NCBI GenBank assembly: GCA_963708135.1
Contig: OY970192.1
Span: 1,824,001-1,888,000, forward strand
Length of the DNA: 64,000 nt
Source of the DNA: an uncultured Gemmatimonadales bacterium
GTDB taxonomy: Bacteria; Gemmatimonadota; Gemmatimonadetes; Longimicrobiales; RSA9
Direction: 5' to 3'
Shown: piece after piece, positions 57,007 to 64,000 of the stretch
Numbering within the stretch: the first letter of the stretch is position 1
How the letters are laid out: every line of letters starts with the position of its first letter
Translations under genes and position numbers: made by a program
The notes under the pieces: model-generated
What the model was told of the DNA's origin: nothing
The model's input: only the letters and a program-made list of their open reading frames with translations
Databases searched by the model: none

Positions 57007-58620
57007 CTACGCCGCCGGCTCGCCGCGGTAGATACCCCACTCCTCGCGCAACATGTCGCTCACCTCGCCCAGCGTCGCGCGCGCCTTCACCGCGCCGATG
57101 ATCGGCGGCAGCAGGTTGGCCGGCCCGCGCGCGGCCTCGCGGACGGCCGCGAGCGCCGTGCGGACGGCGCCCGCATCGCGTGCCGCGCGCACCGCCGCGA
57201 GCTTCTCCCGCTGCCCGGCCGCCAGCGCCCCGTAGTCGGGCTGCTCGATGCGCGGCGGGTGCTGCTCCTCGCGGAACGCGTTCACCCCCACCGTGAGCCG
57301 CTCCTCGCGCTCGAGCGCCATCTGCTGCTCGTACGCCGCGCGAGAGATCTCCTCCTGCATGTAGCCGATCGCGCCCGCGGCCCCACCCAGCTCCTCCACC
57401 CGCTCGAGATAGCCGCGCGCCCGCTCCTCCAGCGCGCTCGTCAGCGCCTCCACGTAATAGCTGCCCCCCAGCGGATCCGCCGTCTCCGTCACGCCGCTCT
57501 CGAAGGCCAGGATCTGCTGCGTCCGCAGCGCCAGCTTCGCCGCCTCTTCCGTCGGCAGCGAGAGCGCCTCGTCGTACCCGTTCGTGTGCAGCGACTGCGT
57601 GCCCCCCAGCACCGCCGAGAGCGCCTGCACCGCCACCCGCACCACGTTGTTCAATGGCTGCTGCGCCGTCAGCGTCACGCCGCCCGTCTGCGTGTGGAAC
57701 CGCAGGCGGCACGACTCGTCCGAGGCGTCCCAGCGCTCCCGCATGAGGCGCGCCCATAGCCGCCGCGCCGCCCGGAACTTCGCCACCTCCTCGAAGAGAT
57801 CGTTGTGCGCCGCGAAGAAGAACGACAGTCGCGGCGCGAACGACTCCAGCGCGAGACCCCGCCCCACCGCCCGCTCCACGTACTCCAGGGCGTCCGCCAG
57901 CGTGAACGCGATCTCCTGCGCCGCCGTCGCCCCCGCCTCCCGGATGTGGTAGCCGCTGATCGAGATCGTGTTCCAGCGCGGCACCTCCGCCGCACAGAAC
58001 GCGAACAGGTCCGTCACCAGCCGCAGGCTCGGCTCCACCGGGTAGATGTAGGTGCCCCGGGCGATATACTCCTTCAGGATGTCGTTCTGCACCGTTCCGG
58101 ACAGCGCCGATCGCTCGATCCCGCCCTCGTCCGCGAGCGCCACCAGCATCGCCAGCAGCACCGCCGCCGTCGCGTTGATCGTCATCGAGACCGACACCCG
58201 CTCCAGCGGGATCCCCGCGAACAGCTCCCGCAGATCGTCCAGCGTGTCGATCGCCACGCCTACCCGCCCCACCTCTCCCACCGCCACCGACGCATCCGAG
58301 TCGTACCCCATCTGCGTCGGCAGGTCGAACGCCACCGAAAGCCCCGTCTGCCCGTGCTCGAGCAGATACCGGTAGCGCGCGTTCGTCTCCGCCGCCGTAC
58401 CGAACCCGGCGTACTGCCGCATCGTCCACAGCCGGCCGCGGTACATCGTGGGGTACACGCCGCGCGTGTAGGGGAACTCGCCCGGGGCCGCGAGATCTCG
58501 CGCGTAATCGAGCGCCGCATCCCCCGGCGCGTACACCGGCTTCACAGGCACGCCGCTCGTCGTCCGCACCTCGCCCGCCGCGGCCGACGTGGGTGAGAAA
58601 TCTACTTTATCTGTTGGCAT
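57007..58620 (-). CDS. Methylmalonyl-CoA mutase-family large (N-terminal) subunit
   Basis: [33 protein letters not shown]; no B12-binding domain. Confidence 0.95.
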   Translation of the reverse strand: MPTDKVDFSPTSAAAGEVRTTSGVPVKPVYAPGDAALDYARDLAAPGEFPYTRGVYPTMYRGRLWTMRQYAGFGTAAETNARYRYLLEHGQTGLSVAFDLPTQMGYDSDASVAVGEVGRVGVAIDTLDDLRELFAGIPLERVSVSMTINATAAVLLAMLVALADEGGIERSALSGTVQNDILKEYIARGTYIYPVEPSLRLVTDLFAFCAAEVPRWNTISISGYHIREAGATAAQEIAFTLADALEYVERAVGRGLALESFAPRLSFFFAAHNDLFEEVAKFRAARRLWARLMRERWDASDESCRLRFHTQTGGVTLTAQQPLNNVVRVAVQALSAVLGGTQSLHTNGYDEALSLPTEEAAKLALRTQQILAFESGVTETADPLGGSYYVEALTSALEERARGYLERVEELGGAAGAIGYMQEEISRAAYEQQMALEREERLTVGVNAFREEQHPPRIEQPDYGALAAGQREKLAAVRAARDAGAVRTALAAVREAARGPANLLPPIIGAVKARATLGEVSDMLREEWGIYRGEPAA

Positions 58621-58697
58621 GCAACCACCTGCCACAGCACGAGATATAAAGGACTACCGCGCGCGGAATCGAACCGGCGTATCCCGCCACGAGCACG

Positions 58698-59207
58698 TCA
58701 GCGCTCGGCGCTGAACTCGACCAGCACCGCGCCCTTCTCCACGGCCTGACCCGACGTCACCAGCACGCGCGCGACGATGCCTTCGCCTTCCGCCTTCAGC
58801 TCGTTCTCCATCTTCATCGCCTCGATCACGGCCACTGCCTCACCGGCGCGGACCGCCTGCCCGACCTCCACCTCGATGCGGGTCACGAGGCCGGGCATCG
58901 GCGCGCGCACGGGCCGCGGCCCGCGCGCCGCGGCGGGATTCCCCGTCAACGCGCGGATCGCGCGGGTGCGCTCGTCCACGACGGCAGGGGCGAAGCGGTC
59001 GCCGTCCAGGTGCAGGTCCCACTCGCCCCTCCCCGTGCCGGAACGCGCCACGACGATGTAGGAGCGGCCATCGACGAGGAGATGCCGGACCGGCGTCCCG
59101 GGCAGCGCGGCGAGACGGGCGTCCACGGCGCGGCCATCCACCACCGGCGTCTCGCCGGAGAGGTCCACCTCGAAGGTGCGGTCGTCGATGGTCACGAAGT
59201 AGCGCAT
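58698..59207 (-). CDS. Biotin carboxyl carrier protein
   Basis: APMPG, EAMKMENE. Confidence 0.93.
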   Translation of the reverse strand: MRYFVTIDDRTFEVDLSGETPVVDGRAVDARLAALPGTPVRHLLVDGRSYIVVARSGTGRGEWDLHLDGDRFAPAVVDERTRAIRALTGNPAAARGPRPVRAPMPGLVTRIEVEVGQAVRAGEAVAVIEAMKMENELKAEGEGIVARVLVTSGQAVEKGAVLVEFSAER

Positions 59208-60469
59208 GTCAGCTCGGCCACGGTCTCGACGTGAGCGGTCTGCGGGAACAGGTCGAAGCAGCGGAGGGACCGTATCGCGTACCGGCCTCCGAGCCGCTCC
59301 AGGTCCCGCGCCAGCGTGGCCGGATCGCAGCTGACGTAGAGCAGCCGCTCCGGCGGCCGGGCCAGGAGGGCCGCCGGAACCGCCGGATCCAGCCCCGCGC
59401 GGGGCGGATTGACGATCACGACGTCCGCCGGCAGCGCGGCTGGCAGCAGCGCCTCGACGCGTCCGACCTCGAAGCGGGCCCCCGTGGGCGCCGCCCGGCG
59501 CGCCTCCTCGACCGCGAGGGCATCCAGCTCGAGCCCGACCACCCGCGCTCCCGCCCGCGCGAGCCGCCGCGCGTGCAGGCCCACACCGCAGTAGGCATCC
59601 ACGACCCTCTTCCCGGCCACGTCTCCCGCGCGGTCGGCCACGTGCTCTTCCAGCAGCGCCGCGGCGGCCCGGTTCACCTGCAGGAACACGCTTCCGCCGA
59701 GGCCGACCTCCTCCTCCAGCCAGCTCTCCGGCACCGCGCGGACGCCGGCCAGCAGCCGCGGCTCCTTCGCGTCGGCGGCCTGGTGCCAGAGCGCCACCAG
59801 GCCGGGCACCCGCTCCAGCAGCTGCTCGGGCTCTCCCGGCGTCGTTCCGCCTTCGACGAGGAGCGACACCGCGGCCGCGGCGGATGCGCGCAGGGTCAGC
59901 CGCAGCTCGCGGCCGGCAGGCAGCCGAGCCGCGCCCGCCCCCCACGAGCTTCTGAGCGCCCCCCACGCCTCCGCCACGGCGCTCTCCGGCAGCAGGCATG
60001 CCGACGAGATGTCCACCAGACGCTCGGCGTGGTTCAGCTCGTGGAAGCCCGCCACCACACGGCCGCCCATCCGCCGCAGCGTGAACGAGACGCGGTTCCG
60101 ATACCGGAGCTGCGCCGGCGAGCCGACCACCTCCGGCGTCTCGATCTGAAGCCCGCCGATTCGCCGCAGCGCCTGCGCGACGATCTCCGCCTTGGCGCGC
60201 AGCTGTGCCCCGTACACGAGGTGCTCCAGCGTGCACCCGCCGCAGCGCTCGTAGTGCGGGCAGGGCGCCTCCCGCCGGTCGGCGGAGGCCGCGAGCACCT
60301 CCAGCAGCTCCGCGCGCGCCCACCGGCGCTTGCGCGCGAGCAGGCGGATGCGGACCTCCTCGCCGGGCGCCGTCCGCTGGACGAACACCGCGCGGCCGTC
60401 CGCCAGCCGCCCCACGCCCGCTCCGCCTGCGGCGATGCCCGTAATCCGGATTCGCTCGACCTCGCTCAT
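59192..60469 (-). CDS. TRAM-domain RNA m5U methyltransferase (RlmD/RumA-like)
   Basis: CPHYERCGGC, FLQVN, DAYCGVG, YVSCDPATLARD, FPQTAHVE. Confidence 0.92.
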   Translation of the reverse strand: MSEVERIRITGIAAGGAGVGRLADGRAVFVQRTAPGEEVRIRLLARKRRWARAELLEVLAASADRREAPCPHYERCGGCTLEHLVYGAQLRAKAEIVAQALRRIGGLQIETPEVVGSPAQLRYRNRVSFTLRRMGGRVVAGFHELNHAERLVDISSACLLPESAVAEAWGALRSSWGAGAARLPAGRELRLTLRASAAAAVSLLVEGGTTPGEPEQLLERVPGLVALWHQAADAKEPRLLAGVRAVPESWLEEEVGLGGSVFLQVNRAAAALLEEHVADRAGDVAGKRVVDAYCGVGLHARRLARAGARVVGLELDALAVEEARRAAPTGARFEVGRVEALLPAALPADVVIVNPPRAGLDPAVPAALLARPPERLLYVSCDPATLARDLERLGGRYAIRSLRCFDLFPQTAHVETVAELTCATS

Positions 60470-60595
60470 CGCCGGCCCCCGGCCGGGCCGGCCGCGCGGA
60501 CGCGCGGCGGCCACGCACAAACGAGCCCGGGGACGAGTCCCCGGGCCGGAAGCCGGGAAGATAGCCCGTTCCATGATGGATGCAAACGCGGCGGC

Positions 60596-62083
60596 TCAAC
60601 GCCAGCCGCGATGGCGCCAGCCGCCGGAGGAGGTGCCGCCGGCGGCGATTCGGCGCACGGCGCGGCGCTGGCGTTCGTCGTGCTCGAGCAGCGCGGCGGC
60701 GAGCGCGGCGGCGGCGAGGGTATCGTCGCCGGCGGCGCGTTTCTGGAGCTCCGGGTGCTTCTCGAGGTAGCGGATGTCGATCGCGCCGGCGCGGAAGTCC
60801 GGCTCTCGCATGACGCGGCGGTGGAACGGCGCGCTGGTCTCGACGCCGACGACGCGCAGCTCGGCGAGGGCGCGCTCCATGCGCGCGATGGCGCGTTCGC
60901 GGTCGGGCGCGTGCACGATGAGCTTGGCGAGCATCGGGTCGTAGAAGAGGGACACCTCGTATCCCTCGGCGATGCCGCCGTCCCAGCGCACGCCCGGCCC
61001 GCCCGGGGTGTTGAGCAGCTCGATGCGGCCGGTGGACGGCATGAACTGGTTGTCCGGGTCCTCGCTCGTGATGCGGCACTCGATGGCGTGTCCGGAAAGG
61101 CGGACCGCGTCCTGCCCGAAGGGCAGTGCCTCGCCGCCCGCGATGCGGAGCTGCCACTGCACGAGGTCCAGGCCGGTCACCAGCTCCGTGACCGGATGCT
61201 CGACCTGGATGCGGGTGTTCATCTCGAGGAAGTAGAAGGCGCCATCCTGGAAGAGGAACTCGATGGTGCCGGCGTTCTCATAGCCCACGGCGGCCGCCGC
61301 GGCCACGGCGGCCGCGCCCATCTCAGCGCGCAGCTCGCGTGTGAGCGCGGGGGAGGGCGCCTCCTCCACCATCTTCTGGTGCCTGCGCTGGATCGAGCAC
61401 TCGCGCTCCCCCAGGTGCAGGGTCGTGCCGTGGCGGTCGGCGAGTACCTGGATCTCGATGTGGCGCGGCCCATCGAGGTACTTCTCCACGTAGACGCTGC
61501 CGTCGCCGAAGGACTGCAGCGCCTCGTGCGCCGCCGACTCGAACGCGCGCGCCACCTCCTCCGGGCCCCGCACGACGCGCATCCCCTTGCCGCCCCCGCC
61601 GGCCGCCGCCTTCAGCAGCACGGGGAACCCGATCTCCGCCGCGGCGCTCGCCGCCTCCTTCGCATCGGCCAGCGCCCGCGCCGTCCCCGGGACCACCGGC
61701 ACACCCGCCGCCATCATGCGCCGGCGCGCCTCCGTCTTGTCGCCCATTGCCTCGATCGCCTCCGGCGACGGGCCCACGAAGGTGAGCCCGGCGTCGCGCA
61801 CCGCCGCGGCGAAGGGAGCGCGCTCGGCCAGGAAGCCGTAGCCGGGATGCACCGCGTCGCAGCCCGCGGCCAGCGCCACCTCGAGCAGCCGCTCGATCCG
61901 GAGATAGGAGCGCGCCGACGGCGCCGGGCCGATCGGGAACGCCTCGTCCGCCTCGAGCACGTGCGGCGCCACGCGGTCCGCGTCGGAATAGACGGCCACG
62001 GCCGTCATGCCCATCTCGCGGCAGGCGCGGATCACGCGCACGGCGATCTCGCCGCGGTTGGCGACGAGCACCTTGCGCAGCAT
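60596..62083 (-). CDS. accC: Biotin carboxylase
   Basis: ANRGEIA, HPGYGFLAE, GGGGKGM, EMNTRIQVEH. Confidence 0.96.
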   Translation of the reverse strand: MLRKVLVANRGEIAVRVIRACREMGMTAVAVYSDADRVAPHVLEADEAFPIGPAPSARSYLRIERLLEVALAAGCDAVHPGYGFLAERAPFAAAVRDAGLTFVGPSPEAIEAMGDKTEARRRMMAAGVPVVPGTARALADAKEAASAAAEIGFPVLLKAAAGGGGKGMRVVRGPEEVARAFESAAHEALQSFGDGSVYVEKYLDGPRHIEIQVLADRHGTTLHLGERECSIQRRHQKMVEEAPSPALTRELRAEMGAAAVAAAAAVGYENAGTIEFLFQDGAFYFLEMNTRIQVEHPVTELVTGLDLVQWQLRIAGGEALPFGQDAVRLSGHAIECRITSEDPDNQFMPSTGRIELLNTPGGPGVRWDGGIAEGYEVSLFYDPMLAKLIVHAPDRERAIARMERALAELRVVGVETSAPFHRRVMREPDFRAGAIDIRYLEKHPELQKRAAGDDTLAAAALAAALLEHDERQRRAVRRIAAGGTSSGGWRHRGWR

Positions 62084-62868
62084 CAGTGGTCGCCGCCCAG
62101 AATCTCGCCGAGGATCGCGCCCGCGGCCGCGGCGCCGCCCAGCTTGCCGATCCCGCCGCGCGCCTCGTCCTTGCTCCCGAACCTGGCCGCCGCGATGATC
62201 CGGTCCGCCAGCCTCGAGAACGGCAGGCTCTGCAGGTACACGAGCCCCGGGCCGGTGAGCGTCGCCAGGAACAGCCCTTCCCCGCCGAACAGCGCGTTGC
62301 GGAACCCGCCCACGAAGTTGATGTCGTAATCCACGGACGGCGCGAACGCCACCAGGCACCCCGTGTCCACGCGCAGCACCTCGCCGGGCGCGAGCTGCCG
62401 CTCCATGATCGTGCCGCCCGCGTGCGCGAATGCCAGGCCGCTGCCCGTCAGGCGCTGGAGGATGAAGCCTTCACCGCCGAACAGCCCGGCGCCGAGCCGC
62501 TTCGTGAAGGCGACCTCGATCTCCACGCCGGACGCGGCGCACAGGAAGCTGTCCTTCTGACAGATGAACGACCCGCCCAGCCGGGCCAGGTCGAGCGGCA
62601 CGATCTTGCCCGGGTACGGCGCCGCGAACCCGACGTGCCCCTTGCCCGCGCCGTTCTGCTTGAAGGTCGTAATGAAGAAGCTCGAGCCGGTCAGCATCCG
62701 CTTGAACCCCTTGAACATGCCGCCGCCCGTGGACGTCTGCATCTCGATTCCCTGCTCCATGTAGAGCATGGCGCCCACCTCCGCGCGCACGCCCTCGCCG
62801 GGGTCGAGCTCGACCTCCACGACCTGCATTTCCTCGCCGATGATCTTGTAGTCGATGATGTCGGCCAT
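62083..62868 (-). CDS. TIGR00266/AIM24-family protein
   Basis: [26 protein letters not shown]. Confidence 0.93.
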   Translation of the reverse strand: MADIIDYKIIGEEMQVVEVELDPGEGVRAEVGAMLYMEQGIEMQTSTGGGMFKGFKRMLTGSSFFITTFKQNGAGKGHVGFAAPYPGKIVPLDLARLGGSFICQKDSFLCAASGVEIEVAFTKRLGAGLFGGEGFILQRLTGSGLAFAHAGGTIMERQLAPGEVLRVDTGCLVAFAPSVDYDINFVGGFRNALFGGEGLFLATLTGPGLVYLQSLPFSRLADRIIAAARFGSKDEARGGIGKLGGAAAAGAILGEILGGDH

Positions 62869-62983
62869 GGCAGTGCTCACGTGTTGGAGAGGAGTCGGGG
62901 GATGAAATCCGCGCTCATTCGAGCCCGTCCGGTCAGAGGATCGCAAGGGTTCAGGCCCAGTCGGACGCAACGCGTTCGCGGTA

Positions 62984-63517
62984 TCAGCCGGACCCGACCG
63001 CGCGCTCGACGACGGTGATGTCGCGTTCCGACAGACCGTAGAGGCGGTACACGATGCGATCGATGAGCCTATCCGTCAGCTCGAGCTGGCGCAGCAGCGG
63101 TCGGAGTCTTCCCATGCTGACCTCGTATGCTTTCTCGACCCGTTCGCGCGCAGGATTCCTCGCTCTGTACCCCTTTGGCTTCGAGACGTCCAGGCGAGCG
63201 ACCCTCGGATGGTTGCGCCGGATGACCTCGAGCAGCTTCGTCGCGTCCGCCTGCTCATAATACGATTCCACATAGGTTTTCCCGCTCAGATCGTCCACCC
63301 GGCAGCCGATCTGCTCCTCGAGCCAAGCCAGGAAGGAGTGCACCTCTACCTGGCGCAGCTCATGCAGCTCCGTCATCCGGCGCGCCAGAAACGCCAGCAG
63401 GTCCCGCACGACGTCCGCGCGTTCGCGCTCGAGGTCGGGGCGGCCCTCCGCATCGAGCGGCAGAAGCCACTCGATCTGAGCGAGCAGGTCATCGAACGGG
63501 AACGCGACGTCGCTCAC
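62984..63517 (-). CDS. Stand-alone protein resembling the C-terminal domain of type IIG restriction-modification enzymes
   Basis: [41 protein letters not shown] overlaps the HEPN stop. Confidence 0.65.
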   Translation of the reverse strand: MSDVAFPFDDLLAQIEWLLPLDAEGRPDLERERADVVRDLLAFLARRMTELHELRQVEVHSFLAWLEEQIGCRVDDLSGKTYVESYYEQADATKLLEVIRRNHPRVARLDVSKPKGYRARNPARERVEKAYEVSMGRLRPLLRQLELTDRLIDRIVYRLYGLSERDITVVERAVGSG

Positions 63518-63903
63518 CCCATCCTCCCCTCGACTCTTTCCACGACCTCGCGCGCAAGCCCCACGGCGCGGGTTGCTTCGTCCTCGCCGTACTCGACCCC
63601 TCCCGGGTAACGAGGCTCCACGGCATACGGGGTCAGCACCGACGCGGCCGGCTCCAGATCGGGCAAAGCCGTACCGGCGGCGCGCAGGCGGTCGAGCAGC
63701 ACCGAAAGGTCGTGCGTAGGCACCGCCGGCGCGCCGGTTTCGTGGACGACAAGCGCCTTCAGCGCCTTCTCCGCTGCCTGCTGCGCGTGATAGACGGCCA
63801 GCCACGGGTGGGCCGGCTCGGCTTCCGCCGCCGTCCCGGCCGCCCACAGGTCGTCCCGGGCGCGCTCGAGCCAGGCGCGCGCGGGCTGTTCAGCTTCCGT
63901 CAT
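63514..63903 (-). CDS. HEPN-domain protein
   Basis: WLERARDDL, YHAQQAAEKALKA, THDL, YAVEPRYP. Confidence 0.92.
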   Translation of the reverse strand: MTEAEQPARAWLERARDDLWAAGTAAEAEPAHPWLAVYHAQQAAEKALKALVVHETGAPAVPTHDLSVLLDRLRAAGTALPDLEPAASVLTPYAVEPRYPGGVEYGEDEATRAVGLAREVVERVEGRMG

Positions 63904-64000
63904 CCAGGCGCACTCCTTCCTCGAGCACGTGTCCCACGAAACTGCCGGGCACCGCCCGCCACCGCTCGATCTCCGCGGGCGTGTAGACGTGCAGGTCAAC
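63890..64000 (-). CDS. Minimal nucleotidyltransferase (MNT), partial
   Basis: VDLHVYTPAEIERW...VLEEGVRL, overlapping the HEPN start. Confidence 0.8.
   Translation of the reverse strand, partial: VDLHVYTPAEIERWRAVPGSFVGHVLEEGVRLDDGS

Noticed and set aside
32473..62868. Novel system in the core block
   Set aside because: It consists of ordinary housekeeping genes in tightly coupled operons, and nothing unexplained was seen.

Overview
High-GC window, probably from a Gemmatimonadota genome (inferred from gene order and the tmRNA tag ANSNMALAA), in two parts. From about 30.5 kb to the end it is mostly ordinary core chromosome, nearly all on the minus strand: ssrA, a GGDEF gene, larB, dusB, selB, recO, metK, a mannose-type PTS with HPr, EI and HprK, nusB, the rib genes, purM, argS, methylmalonyl-CoA mutase and accB/accC. 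It ends in an MNT-HEPN pair plus a restriction-modification C-terminal module. From 1 to about 25.7 kb, downstream of ssrA, is a mobile-element jungle: two different IS21 elements, two IS1380 copies, an internally deleted IS4, and four co-oriented copies of an ISCR-like (IS91-family, single-Tyr HUH) rolling-circle element. The rolling-circle element is the most striking feature. In two copies its left (terIS-side) end is an exact 25-bp copy of the host tmRNA T-arm, acceptor strand and discriminator. On that same side the copies are preceded by chains of unrelated, truncated gene fragments (molybdo-oxidoreductase tail, methyltransferase tail, DUF488, DUF819, a foreign Patescibacteria-like ribosomal L25, a truncated VapC, an M20 peptidase tail and integron cassettes with an attC). 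This resembles Helitron-like serial DNA capture. Family assignments come from motif recognition without database searches. Several frameshifts suggest some sequencing error, so the junctions need read-level confirmation.
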